Origin: Bacillota bacterium
GTDB taxonomy: Bacteria; Bacillota; Proteinivoracia; UBA4975
Reading direction: 5' to 3'
DNA length: 64,000 bases
Assembly: GCA_012523545.1 (NCBI GenBank)
Contig: JAAYIH010000036.1
Coordinates: forward strand, 37,978 to 101,977
The notes beneath the pieces were generated by a model, which worked only from the letters and a program-made list of their open reading frames with translations, did no database searches and had not been told where the DNA came from. The position numbers and the translations under genes are program-made. Shown here one piece after another: positions 25,378 to 34,903 of this stretch. The first letter of the stretch is position 1; the number at the start of each line of letters is the position of its first letter.

Positions 25378-26284
25378 GTTTGTCGTTGCCGAAGGCGAAG
25401 GAATGCGTCTGGACGCCTTCCTGACCAGGCGCCTGTCCGGGCTCAGCCGCAGCGAGATTCAGGAAAATATTTCTGCCGGCCGGGCCAGGGTCAACGGGAT
25501 CGCGGTGAGCAAAAAAGGGTTTAGGCTGTCTCCGGGGGATGCGGTGGAGATAGAAATTGTGCCCCGGCCGCCCATAGCGGGGGCCAAAGAAGACATTCCC
25601 CTGGACATCCGGTATGAGGACCGGTGGCTGCTGGTGGTAAACAAGCCTGCAGGCATGGTGGTTCATCCCGCCCCGGGCCATTACAGCGGCACCCTGGTCA
25701 ATGCCCTTTTGGGTTACGGCGCCAGCCTTTCCGACGTTGGCGGAGAGTTCCGCCCGGGCATTGTCCACCGCCTGGATAAGGAGACCTCGGGGCTGCTGTT
25801 GGTGGCCAAATCCAACGCCTGCCACCTGCGCCTGGCGGAAATGCTCAGGGCCAGGGAAATAAAACGGACCTACTTGGCTCTGGTCACCGGCCTGGTTGAG
25901 CCTGCCAGCGCCATAATCACAGGGCCCATCGGCAGGCACCCACGGTATCGCCACAAGATGGCCGTTGTGGCCCACGGCAAAGAGGCCGTGACTGAATACC
26001 GGGTGCTCCGGTATTTCCGGCGCCATACCCTGGTCCAGGTTAATTTGCACACCGGCCGTACCCATCAGATCCGCGTGCATTTTGCCCACCTGGGCCGCCC
26101 TGTTGTCGGCGACGAAGTATATGGTCCCAAGACCCAGGGCATAAAATATTCCGGGCACATGTTGCATGCCCGGACATTGGAATTTATGCACCCTTTCGGG
26201 AAAGGCAAGCTTTCAATTACCGCCGAACCGTCCCGGGAATTTCTGGAGATTCTGCGCCGGTTGACGGAAGACGGGGCTCAATGA
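25367..26284 (+). CDS. rluD: RluA/RluD-family pseudouridine synthase with S4 domain
   Basis: RLDAFL, VNKPAGMVVHP, GIVHRLDKETSG, TGRTHQIRVH. Confidence 0.93.
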   Translation: MKHEFVVAEGEGMRLDAFLTRRLSGLSRSEIQENISAGRARVNGIAVSKKGFRLSPGDAVEIEIVPRPPIAGAKEDIPLDIRYEDRWLLVVNKPAGMVVHPAPGHYSGTLVNALLGYGASLSDVGGEFRPGIVHRLDKETSGLLLVAKSNACHLRLAEMLRAREIKRTYLALVTGLVEPASAIITGPIGRHPRYRHKMAVVAHGKEAVTEYRVLRYFRRHTLVQVNLHTGRTHQIRVHFAHLGRPVVGDEVYGPKTQGIKYSGHMLHARTLEFMHPFGKGKLSITAEPSREFLEILRRLTEDGAQ

Positions 26285-27935
26285 AAGCCGATTTGTACTG
26301 GGAATACTGCACCATCCCCGGCCTGGCGCCGGGTATTTTTTTTACGTTTTTAACCTGGGTCCAGACCACTTCCACTTTGGGGGAGTTTCTCGCTTTGCTG
26401 TGCCAGGCTGCCACGGCGGCGGCAAATTCCAGCTCGGCGTCGCCGGGCGCATCGGTGCAGAGAATGACGTGGCTGCCGGGAGAATGGCGGGCGTGCAGCC
26501 AATAATGGGATTTGTCCGCCTTCTTCAAGGTGAGGATTTCGTTCTGGCGATTATTTTTGCCTACCAACACTTTATGGCCGTGGGGAGACAGGTAGCTTAA
26601 GAAAGCTTGCTCGTCGCCTGGTGTCCGGCTTCGGGCAGAACCGCGGCGCAACAGGCCCTGTTCCTCCATTTCCGCCCGGATTTCCTGCAGCTCGGCGGGA
26701 GTTTCCGCTGCTTCAGCGGCATACTCCAGGGTTGCCATATAGGCCAGCTGCTCCCTGTTCTTGTGTATCTGGGCGTTGACCTGGGCCAAAGCCGTTTTGT
26801 ACTTGTTGTACAGCTTATAGTAATGAGAAGCATTGCCGCTGGCAGTCTTCCCGGGATCCAGGTCGATGCGCACGGGTTCCCCGGTGTGCACATTGGTCAA
26901 CACTGCCTCCGCGGCACCCCGGGGGATGTTATGGGCCGCAGCCAGCAAAGTATCGGCAATTTGCCGAAAATATTCCGCTTGCAGTGCCCGTTGTTTTTCC
27001 GCCTGTTGCTTGGCGATGGTCCTGTCCAGTTTTATTATGCGCGCTCTGATGGCAGCCAGCAGCTGTTTTTTCCCTGCGTCGAAACTCTGGCTGGTGCGCA
27101 GCCGGGTGCTCCAGCTTTCCAGAATCGCGCTTAGACTGGCGCCAGGCCTGGGTGCAGTTCCCAGGGAAAGCAGTTCGGTCCAATAAGGTCCCTGGGGGTA
27201 CAGGGACGGTTTGGTCTTCCCCTGGAGGCTGGCCTGGGCCAGGGTTTGTATTTCCCTGTGCATTAAGTGAATGTCGGCATCGCACAAAGCCTGTACATTT
27301 TTTTCGGCGATGTTGCAGCGCCAACAGATTTCCCTGGCCAGGTGGGGGCTCATGCCCAAAAGAGAGCGTACCAGAACGGCATCGGGGGCCGAGGAGCCGG
27401 CATTGTGCAGCAGCATTTTCAGCACCTCAGGTGTCAGATTCTGGGGCGGCATTTTCCCCGGCGGCGGAGGCGGAGCATACCGGTCGCCGGGCTGGAGATT
27501 GCGGGTTCCTTCCCGGTGCGGGGGGCGTGTGCTGACCAGAATCGTATCCCCCCGGCAAAGGATTATGTCGTTGTTTCTGCCCATTATTTCAACGTGGAGA
27601 AAAAAGTCAGCGCTGCCGGAGGGAGCGGGAGCGAAGGCCAGTGTCGTCTTCCTTTCAAAGGGCGGGTTGTCCAGGGCTGTGCAAAACAAACCCCTGAGGT
27701 GTTTTTTTACAGTCTGGTCAAAGGCGGTGGCTGTTTTGTCACCACGTTCGCGGGTCAGGTACAATCCGTAGGGGTGTGTGTGCACTGAAATGGCCAGGCG
27801 CTGGGTCCGCCCCGGGGCCCGCAACTGGATAACCAGGTTATTGTCCTGGGTATAAACGTCTTCCACACGGCTGCCGGCTACAGCTTTATTCAATTCAGCC
27901 GTCAAAGCGTTGACAAAAAATCCGTCCAGATGCAT
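26217..27935 (-). CDS. rqcH: NFACT / ribosome quality control protein RqcH (FbpA/YloA)
   Basis: MHLDG, EIMGRNN, VGKNNRQNE, WLHARHSPGSHV, KKIPGARPGMV; ATG 27935 follows GGAGG. Confidence 0.92.
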   Translation of the reverse strand: MHLDGFFVNALTAELNKAVAGSRVEDVYTQDNNLVIQLRAPGRTQRLAISVHTHPYGLYLTRERGDKTATAFDQTVKKHLRGLFCTALDNPPFERKTTLAFAPAPSGSADFFLHVEIMGRNNDIILCRGDTILVSTRPPHREGTRNLQPGDRYAPPPPPGKMPPQNLTPEVLKMLLHNAGSSAPDAVLVRSLLGMSPHLAREICWRCNIAEKNVQALCDADIHLMHREIQTLAQASLQGKTKPSLYPQGPYWTELLSLGTAPRPGASLSAILESWSTRLRTSQSFDAGKKQLLAAIRARIIKLDRTIAKQQAEKQRALQAEYFRQIADTLLAAAHNIPRGAAEAVLTNVHTGEPVRIDLDPGKTASGNASHYYKLYNKYKTALAQVNAQIHKNREQLAYMATLEYAAEAAETPAELQEIRAEMEEQGLLRRGSARSRTPGDEQAFLSYLSPHGHKVLVGKNNRQNEILTLKKADKSHYWLHARHSPGSHVILCTDAPGDAELEFAAAVAAWHSKARNSPKVEVVWTQVKNVKKIPGARPGMVQYSQYKSAFIEPRLPSTGAESPEIPGTVRR

Positions 27936-28020
27936 CGCTTTTCCTCCTTCCATTCAAGTATACCGGCAGCAAATCCGAAATACAATTAAAGGACACAGCT
28001 TTTGGGCGGGAGGAGGAAGT

Positions 28021-30612
28021 ATGGAGCTCACCGAGCTTGCCGGCAGGCTGAAGACCGATCTCCAACGGGGTCTGCCGGAAAGAGAAAGGGCGGCACGGCT
28101 GCAAAAATGGGGTTGCAACAAGCTGGAAACGAAGAGATCCGACAAGGCCTTCATGCTGTTTTTGAGCCAGTTTGCCGATACCATGGTGCTCATGTTGTTG
28201 GGCGCCACTCTGGTTTCGGCCGTTCTGGGCGAGTACGCCGACGCGCTCACCATCATGATAATTGTCGTCATCAACGCTGTTTTGGGCTTTGTCCAGGAAT
28301 ACAAGGCGGAACGCTCACTGGAGGCCTTGCAAAAGCTCAGTTCTCCCAAGGCAAGGGTTATCAGCGACGGAGAAATTAAAGTCGTTGCCGGCGAAGAACT
28401 GGTGCCCGGAGATATTGTTTTGATCAAGGCTGGGGACAGGGTGCCGGCGGACTTGTTTCTCTTTGATTGTTACAACCTGGAGATAGAAGAATCCCCTTTG
28501 ACCGGGGAAAGCGTGCCGGTGGCCAAGTCGGAGGACGGCGACAACCTGGCCTACATGGGTTGTCTGGTCACCCGCGGTCAAAGCCGCGGAGTCGTAGCTG
28601 CCACGGCCATGAACACCAAAATGGGCAGCATTGCCGGTATGATTCGCCAGGCCGAGCAGCCGCCCACACCGCTTCAGCAAAGACTGAGCCGCCTGGGCAA
28701 TGTACTGGTGGCAATTTGCCTGGCAATATGCATTTTTGTCGTGGCGGCGGGGGTGCTGCGGGGCGAGCCGGTTTACAAAATGTTTATGGCCGGAGTGAGT
28801 TTGGCGGTGGCGGCCATTCCTGAAGGTTTGCCGGCTGTGGTTACTTTATGCCTGGCCATCGGTTTGCAAAAAATGCTGAAGCGCAAGGCCATCGCCCGCA
28901 AACTTCCGGCGGTGGAAACCCTGGGTTCAGCCACCGTCATTTGCTCGGATAAAACGGGGACTTTGACTGAGAATAAGATGACGGCGGAAAAGATTTACAG
29001 CGGCGGCCGGTTGTGGACGGTGACGGGGCAGGGCACCCAACTGGAGGGCGAGATACTGGGTCCGCCGAAGCCTCCCCACTTGCAGTGGCTGCTCACCGTC
29101 GGCGCGGTTTGCAACGGGGCAGAATTGAAGCAGCGGCAGTCGGGGGCGGAAATAATCGGCGACCCTACCGACGGCGCCCTGCTAATCCTGGCGGTCAAGG
29201 CCGGCCTGTCGCCCCGGCAGCTCAAGAACCAATTTGAGGTGCTCAGGGAGTTTCCCTTTGATTCCAGAAAAAAGATGATGTCCATGGTGGTGCGGGATCG
29301 CCGGGGCAGAGAATACTACCTGGTCAAAGGAGCACCCGAAGCGGTGCTGGCGCGGTGCAGTTACCTGCCCGGCAGAGAAGGGCTGTCCATGGGCCGTGAG
29401 GAGTTCAGGGGAATAAACGCCGTCATGGGGGAATGGGCTGCCCAGGCCTACCGCCTCATTGCCGTGGCCTGGAAAGAGGTAACTGCCGCCAGGCCGGCAG
29501 AAGCCGGGCTGGTGTTTGGCGGGATCATTGCCCTCAGCGATCCGCCGCGGCCCGAAGTTCCTGAAGCAGTGCGCCGCTGCCTGCGCGCCGGCATCAAACC
29601 GGTGATGATCACCGGCGACCACCGGGATACCGCCGTGGCAATTGCCCGGCGCATCGGATTGCCTGTCCGCGGGCAGGAAGTGGTTACCGGCGAGCAGCTG
29701 GAGCAAATGGACGACAGCCAGCTGGAGGCGAGGATTGAAAATATCTCCGTTTGCGCCCGGGTATATCCTGAGCACAAAATGAGTATTGTGCGCGCCCTGA
29801 AAAAAAGAGGGCATGTGGTGGCCATGACCGGGGACGGCGTCAACGACGCTCCGGCTCTCAAAGAAGCCAATATCGGCATAGCCATGGGCATTGCCGGGAC
29901 AGAAGTGACCAAAGAGGCAGCCGGATTAATTCTGATGGACGACAATTTCGCCACCATCGTGGCGGCAGTGGAGGAAGGCCGGGTAATTTACAATAATATC
30001 CGCAAATTCATTCGCTTTTTGCTGTCCTGCAACACCGGCGAGGTCTTTACCATGTTCCTGGCCATCCTCCTAGGATTTCCCCTGCCCCTGAAGGCCATTC
30101 AGATCCTGTGGGTTAATCTGGTTACCGACGGGCTTCCGGCTTTGGCCCTGAGCATGGAGCCGGCGAATCCCGCCATCATGGAACGGCCGCCCCGTCCCCC
30201 GGAGGAGAGCATACTGGCCGGCGGGCTGGGGGCCAGCATATTTGCAACCGGGCTGACCTTTGGCGTGTTGACGCTGCTGGTCTTTGCCCTTGCCCTCAGC
30301 CAGGGTTCGCTGGAGTATGCCAGAACCATGGCCCTGGCCACTTTGATAATGGTTCAGTTGATATTTGCCCTGGAATGCCGCAGAGATTACGGCGGCCGGG
30401 CGGCGCCGTTGCGGTCCAACCTGTGGATTGTGGGGGCGTTGCTGACATCACTAGCACTGACGGGCCTGGTGCTGTATGTTCCTCTGCTGCGGGCGGTCTT
30501 TGCCACTGTGGTCTTGTCTCCCCGGGACTGGTTGATGGTCACGGCGGCAGCGCTGGTTCCGGTTGCATTGCGCCAGGTGTCGGTTTTGCTTCGGCGGGCG
30601 CTGGGCTTGTAA
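28021..30612 (+). CDS. yloB: P-type Ca2+-transporting ATPase (YloB)
   Basis: [55 protein letters not shown]. Confidence 0.93.
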   Translation: MELTELAGRLKTDLQRGLPERERAARLQKWGCNKLETKRSDKAFMLFLSQFADTMVLMLLGATLVSAVLGEYADALTIMIIVVINAVLGFVQEYKAERSLEALQKLSSPKARVISDGEIKVVAGEELVPGDIVLIKAGDRVPADLFLFDCYNLEIEESPLTGESVPVAKSEDGDNLAYMGCLVTRGQSRGVVAATAMNTKMGSIAGMIRQAEQPPTPLQQRLSRLGNVLVAICLAICIFVVAAGVLRGEPVYKMFMAGVSLAVAAIPEGLPAVVTLCLAIGLQKMLKRKAIARKLPAVETLGSATVICSDKTGTLTENKMTAEKIYSGGRLWTVTGQGTQLEGEILGPPKPPHLQWLLTVGAVCNGAELKQRQSGAEIIGDPTDGALLILAVKAGLSPRQLKNQFEVLREFPFDSRKKMMSMVVRDRRGREYYLVKGAPEAVLARCSYLPGREGLSMGREEFRGINAVMGEWAAQAYRLIAVAWKEVTAARPAEAGLVFGGIIALSDPPRPEVPEAVRRCLRAGIKPVMITGDHRDTAVAIARRIGLPVRGQEVVTGEQLEQMDDSQLEARIENISVCARVYPEHKMSIVRALKKRGHVVAMTGDGVNDAPALKEANIGIAMGIAGTEVTKEAAGLILMDDNFATIVAAVEEGRVIYNNIRKFIRFLLSCNTGEVFTMFLAILLGFPLPLKAIQILWVNLVTDGLPALALSMEPANPAIMERPPRPPEESILAGGLGASIFATGLTFGVLTLLVFALALSQGSLEYARTMALATLIMVQLIFALECRRDYGGRAAPLRSNLWIVGALLTSLALTGLVLYVPLLRAVFATVVLSPRDWLMVTAAALVPVALRQVSVLLRRALGL

Positions 30613-30635
30613 TCCATTGTCCGTTCCGATACAAT
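30607..30635 (+). promoter_or_regulatory. sigmaA promoter for yloC-remA-rpoZ
   Basis: TTGTAA-N17-TACAAT. Confidence 0.55.
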
Positions 30636-30659
30636 ATATGCCGTGAAGGGGGCGGTGCA

Positions 30660-31520
30660 GTGGTTGCCAGCATGACCGGTTTTGCCCGCACAAGTTTTTC
30701 CCTGGCGGGAATGACATATACTGTTGAAATCAGGACGTTAAACCACAAATATTTGGATATACATTGCCGGTTGCCTGAAACTTTGACAGCTGCGGAGATG
30801 CCCTTGCGCAATTTGCTCAAGGAGTATATCAGCCGTGGTCGGGTTGACCTCCGCATTACCGCCGAATACCAGGAGACAGAAAGCGCCCTGGAGCTTAACG
30901 AGGCTGTCTACCAGGCCTACCTTCGGATCATTGCCCAAATGACCGGCGACTGCCGGCCCCAGGCCCTGGACCCGGTGGCCATGCTTGCGTTGCCCAACAT
31001 GTTGCGCAGCCCGGTCCAGGATCCCGGTGTCCTGCTGGAACCTTTGCTGGACAACTTGCGTCCGGTTTTGCAAAGGTTGCGGGAAGACCGGGAGCGGGAA
31101 GGGTCTGTGCTGTGGCGGGACATCTCGGCTAGGCTGGACGGTATCGGCAGACTGGTTGAGGAACTGGAGGCCCTGGCCCGACAGCAGCAGGAGGAAGTAG
31201 CGCAACGGCTTAAAGAAAGGCTGGGGCGCCTGGGCGAAGAACTGGACGACGCCAGAATAATAACCGAGATCGCCATTCTGGCTGATAAGGCCGACATCAA
31301 TGAAGAACTGGTGCGGCTCAAGGCGCACATTCAGGAGTTTGGCATTTCCGGTCGGGAGGAGGGACCGGTCGGCCGGCGCCTGGAGTTTATTGGCCAGGAA
31401 ATGCTTCGGGAAATCAACACTATAGCTGCCAAAAGCGCCGTGTACCAAATTTCCAAGTATGCCGTGGACATAAAGACGGAACTGGAAAAAATCAGGGAGC
31501 AAGTTCAAAATATAGAATAG
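30660..31520 (+). CDS. yloC: YicC/YloC endoribonuclease
   Basis: SMTGF, NHKYLD, SRGRVD, DINEELVRLKAH, GRRLEFIGQEMLREINTIAAK, EKIREQVQNIE. Confidence 0.93.
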   Translation: MVASMTGFARTSFSLAGMTYTVEIRTLNHKYLDIHCRLPETLTAAEMPLRNLLKEYISRGRVDLRITAEYQETESALELNEAVYQAYLRIIAQMTGDCRPQALDPVAMLALPNMLRSPVQDPGVLLEPLLDNLRPVLQRLREDREREGSVLWRDISARLDGIGRLVEELEALARQQQEEVAQRLKERLGRLGEELDDARIITEIAILADKADINEELVRLKAHIQEFGISGREEGPVGRRLEFIGQEMLREINTIAAKSAVYQISKYAVDIKTELEKIREQVQNIE

Positions 31521-31532
31521 AGGTGTCGGGGA

Positions 31533-31787
31533 ATGAAACTGATCAATATTGGGTTTGGAAACATCGTGGCTGCAGAGAGGATTATTGCCATCGTAAGTCC
31601 CGAAAGCGCGCCCATCAAGCGAATAATTCAGGAGGCCAGAGAGCGCGGCAACCTCATCGATGCAACCTATGGGCGCAGAACCCGTGCAGTGGTGATAATG
31701 GACAGCGACCATGTCATTTTGTCATCGGTGCAACCGGAGACAGTTGCCCACCGCTTGACGGGAAAATCCTCGGAGCAGGCTGACTAG
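31533..31787 (+). CDS. remA: RemA/YlzA (DUF370) regulator
   Basis: [39 protein letters not shown]. Confidence 0.95.
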   Translation: MKLINIGFGNIVAAERIIAIVSPESAPIKRIIQEARERGNLIDATYGRRTRAVVIMDSDHVILSSVQPETVAHRLTGKSSEQAD

Positions 31788-31799
31788 GAGGGATTCTCT

Positions 31800-32012
31800 T
31801 TGCTCAAACCGTCCATCGATGACCTGTTGCAAAAAGTGGACAGCAAGTATACTTTGGTGGTAGCGGCCGCCCGCCGGGCCAGAAACATCCAGGCCCGGAT
31901 GAGCAAGGATAATGTGAAAAACCGCGCAATGAAGCCGGTCACCATTGCTTTGCATGAAATCCTCAATGACCAGCTGGAGTACCAGCGCACTAAACAAGGG
32001 GATCTTAAATAA
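31800..32012 (+). CDS. rpoZ: RNA polymerase omega subunit
   Basis: MLKPSIDDLLQKVDSKYTLVVAAARRAR, KPVTIALHEI. Confidence 0.95.
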   Translation: MLKPSIDDLLQKVDSKYTLVVAAARRARNIQARMSKDNVKNRAMKPVTIALHEILNDQLEYQRTKQGDLK

Positions 32013-32036
32013 ACGTCGCCCGACGTTTATTTTTTT
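32011..32036 (+). terminator. Intrinsic terminator after rpoZ
   Basis: AAACGTC-GCCC-GACGTTT plus AT7. Confidence 0.75.
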
Positions 32037-32056
32037 AAAGTTTATTTTTTCACTTT

Positions 32057-32084
32057 GCAGGATTAAAGCAACTCCCGGGAGAAA
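32057..32084 (+). promoter_or_regulatory. sigmaH-like promoter for the 33-aa ORF
   Basis: GCAGGATTA-N12-GGAGAAA (one mismatch versus the mraZ sigmaH-like promoter). Confidence 0.4.
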
Positions 32085-32139
32085 AAATAATACCAATAAG
32101 TACCACTGCGTGCTGGATTCTGTTATCGGGAGGTATGTC

Positions 32140-32241
32140 ATGTCTTCTTTGGTTGTGCGCAATGCCCTGTTACGGGTTGTCCTTTTGGTCATAATGCTGT
32201 TCGGGATCTACAAGTTTGTGCAATGGTTTGTGGCGGTTTAA
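32140..32241 (+). CDS. Unannotated 33-aa single-pass membrane protein (MSSLVVRNALLRVVLLVIMLFGIYKFVQWFVAV)
   Basis: GGAGGT 5 nt before the ATG; hydrophobic helix; terminators on both sides. Confidence 0.65.
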   Translation: MSSLVVRNALLRVVLLVIMLFGIYKFVQWFVAV

Positions 32242-32254
32242 CCGCTTTTTTTTT
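32233..32254 (+). terminator. Intrinsic terminator overlapping the stop of the 33-aa ORF
   Basis: GCGGT-TTA-ACCGC plus T9. Confidence 0.65.
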
Positions 32255-32284
32255 ATGCTATAATAGGCGGGGGGAGGGGAAAGG

Positions 32285-34423
32285 ATGCGCGTGGCAAAGG
32301 TTGTAATCTTTAACAAGTATGCTGACCTGGACGGCACGCTGGATTACCGTATCCCTCCGCATGTAAACGCTCCGGTGGGGGCTATTGTCAAGGTTCCCTT
32401 GCAGGCGCGGGTGGTTGAGGGCATTGTCTTCGCCCACAGTGAGGATACTGCTGTGGCGGAGCTCAGGGATATTATTGCAGCCGGACCCTGCCTGCCCCGG
32501 GAACTGGTGGAGCTGGCGGACTGGCTGGCGGTCAGGGCCGGTTGTTCCGTTGCCGCGGCTGTAACCGCCATGTTGCCTCCGCGCTTCCACGGCAATCCCC
32601 CTGTTCGCTGGCGGGTTGATGAAAAAGCCCTGGCTGTTGCCGAGCTCACAGAAAAGCAGAGACAGGCGGCGGATTTTTTGCGGCGCCGCCGTCCCATGCT
32701 TAAGGCGGAGCTGAGTCGCGCTCTGGGGATTTCCAAAGGCGTCATTGACAAATTAGTGGAGAAGGGCGTTTTAATTCCGGCCGTTGCCGATGACCCCTGG
32801 GACCTGGAAGAGGTTGTCGCCCTTACTGCCGCGCAGCAGGCGGCAATTTCCAGTATTGAAGCCAAAACCAATGGCCTGCGGCAGGGGGGCGAGTTTTTGC
32901 TTTACGGAGTCACCGGCAGCGGCAAAACCCAGGTGTACATCAATCTGGCCCGCAAGGTTTTGCAGGCGGGCAGGCAGGCGCTGGTACTGGTGCCCGAAAT
33001 TGCCCTGACTTCCCAACTGGTAGCCAGGTTTCGCATGGAGTTCGGTGCTGCGGACATTGTCCTCCTGCACAGCGGTTTGAGCGCCAGCGTGCGCGCCGAA
33101 GACTGGCAAAAAATTGTCCGGGGGCAGGCTTCCATCGTCATCGGCACCCGCTCCGCCGTATTTGCCCCCCTTTCCAATTTGGGTCTGATTGTCGTTGACG
33201 AGGAACACGAACCGGCCTATAAACAGGAGGAAGTGCCGCGTTATCATGCCCGGGATGTGGCATTGTTCAGGGCCAGATGGCACAAGGGCATCCTCGTTCT
33301 GGGCAGCGCAACTCCTTCCCTGGAGTCTTATACCCGGGCAATGAGGGGGCGCTACCATCTGATTGCCATGCCCCAACGGGTCAGCGGGCATACACCTGTC
33401 ACTGCAGAAATCGTGGATATGCGAGCCGAATTGCGGCAGGGAAACCGGGACATATTCAGCCGCGCACTGCGCCAGGCTTTGGAAGAGACCCTGGCCCGCA
33501 ACGAACAGGCCCTGCTGTTCTTGAACAGGAGGGGCGTTGCGCCCACGGTGTTGTGCCGCAACTGCGGTTTTAAATATTCCTGCCCCAATTGTTCCACAGC
33601 CCTGACCCTGCACGGCGACGGAAAATTGCTGTGCCACCATTGCGGCGCCCGGGCGTTATTGGCTCAAAACTGTCCCCAGTGCGGAAGCAAGTACTTGCGC
33701 CAGCTGGGGCTGGGCACCGAAAAGCTGGAAGCCCGCCTCAAGGAGATTTTCCCCCATACTGCGGTGTGCAGGCTGGACCGGGATACCGCGGCCAGCGCCG
33801 CCGACAAAGAGCGGTACCTGTCGGGATTTTACCGGCAGGAATCCGGGATACTATTGGGGACGCAGATGATTGCCAAGGGTCTGGATTTCCCGCGGGTAAC
33901 GCTGGTGGGCATTGTCCTGGCCGACTTGAGTCTGGGCATGCCGGATTTTCGCGCCGGCGAGCGCACTTTCCAGCTTATTACCCAGGCTGCCGGCCGCACC
34001 GGCAGGAGCAAGCGCAACGGGCGGGTTATCGTTCAGACTTATCAGCCGGAGCATTACAGCATAAGATTTGCCCTGGACGGAGATTATGAAGGTTTTTACA
34101 GATATGAGCTCCGGCAGCGCAAAGCGGCAGGGATGCCGCCCTTTTCAGCCCTTACGCGGATTTTGGTCAGTTCCCCCGAACAGGAAAACCTTCTCGCCCA
34201 TGTCCGCCGCATTAACGACCTGTTGGCCGGCAGCAATCTGGAGTTGCTTTATTCGGGGCCGCCGCCCCTGGAAAAACTTAAGGGCAGGTACCGTTGGCAC
34301 TACCTGTTCCGCCATTCCGGTTCCAGAGCCGATTGGCTGGCAGTCCATGCCCTGCATCGTGAGATAAGCACTGACAGGCAGTGCCGGGTGGTTATTGACA
34401 ACAATCCGTACAACTTTATGTGA
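32285..34423 (+). CDS. priA: Primosomal protein N'
   Basis: GVTGSGKT, LVPEIALT, GTRSAVF, VDEEHE, YHARDVA, LNRRG, Zn-finger CxxC pairs, TQMIAKGLDF; extended -10 TGCTATAAT at 32256-32264. Confidence 0.96.
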   Translation: MRVAKVVIFNKYADLDGTLDYRIPPHVNAPVGAIVKVPLQARVVEGIVFAHSEDTAVAELRDIIAAGPCLPRELVELADWLAVRAGCSVAAAVTAMLPPRFHGNPPVRWRVDEKALAVAELTEKQRQAADFLRRRRPMLKAELSRALGISKGVIDKLVEKGVLIPAVADDPWDLEEVVALTAAQQAAISSIEAKTNGLRQGGEFLLYGVTGSGKTQVYINLARKVLQAGRQALVLVPEIALTSQLVARFRMEFGAADIVLLHSGLSASVRAEDWQKIVRGQASIVIGTRSAVFAPLSNLGLIVVDEEHEPAYKQEEVPRYHARDVALFRARWHKGILVLGSATPSLESYTRAMRGRYHLIAMPQRVSGHTPVTAEIVDMRAELRQGNRDIFSRALRQALEETLARNEQALLFLNRRGVAPTVLCRNCGFKYSCPNCSTALTLHGDGKLLCHHCGARALLAQNCPQCGSKYLRQLGLGTEKLEARLKEIFPHTAVCRLDRDTAASAADKERYLSGFYRQESGILLGTQMIAKGLDFPRVTLVGIVLADLSLGMPDFRAGERTFQLITQAAGRTGRSKRNGRVIVQTYQPEHYSIRFALDGDYEGFYRYELRQRKAAGMPPFSALTRILVSSPEQENLLAHVRRINDLLAGSNLELLYSGPPPLEKLKGRYRWHYLFRHSGSRADWLAVHALHREISTDRQCRVVIDNNPYNFM

Positions 34424-34436
34424 GTAGGTGAAGCCA

Positions 34437-34901
34437 ATGACTGTGCGCAACATAAGGAAACTGGGTGATCCAGTTTTGCGCGCCAAAGCAAAAGAGGTTA
34501 CCGAGTTCGATGAAAAAATCCACGGCTATTTGCAAGACATGGCCGAGACCATGGCCCATTATTCCGGGGTTGGTCTGGCAGCCCCGCAAATTGGCCTGGA
34601 TTTGGCAATGGTTGTTATCAAACTGGGGGAAGATTTTCCTTTGCTGGAATTAATCAATCCACGCATTGTCGAAAGTTCCGGCGAGGACATAGCTGTGGAA
34701 GGCTGCCTCAGCATACCCGGAGTGCACGGCGAGGTCAAGCGCAGCGCCGAAGTGGAGGTGCAGTTTCAGGATCGCATGGGGCGAAAAAAGACCATGCGCG
34801 CTTCCGGTTTCCTGGCCAGGGCTGTTCAACATGAGTTGGACCATCTCCAGGGGGTGCTGTTTATAGACAAGGTCATCCGGTATGTAACCGAGGAGGATTG
34901 A
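34437..34901 (+). CDS. def: Peptide deformylase
   Basis: GVGLAAPQIG, EGCLS, QHELDHL. Confidence 0.97.
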   Translation: MTVRNIRKLGDPVLRAKAKEVTEFDEKIHGYLQDMAETMAHYSGVGLAAPQIGLDLAMVVIKLGEDFPLLELINPRIVESSGEDIAVEGCLSIPGVHGEVKRSAEVEVQFQDRMGRKKTMRASGFLARAVQHELDHLQGVLFIDKVIRYVTEED

Positions 34902-34903
34902 CC

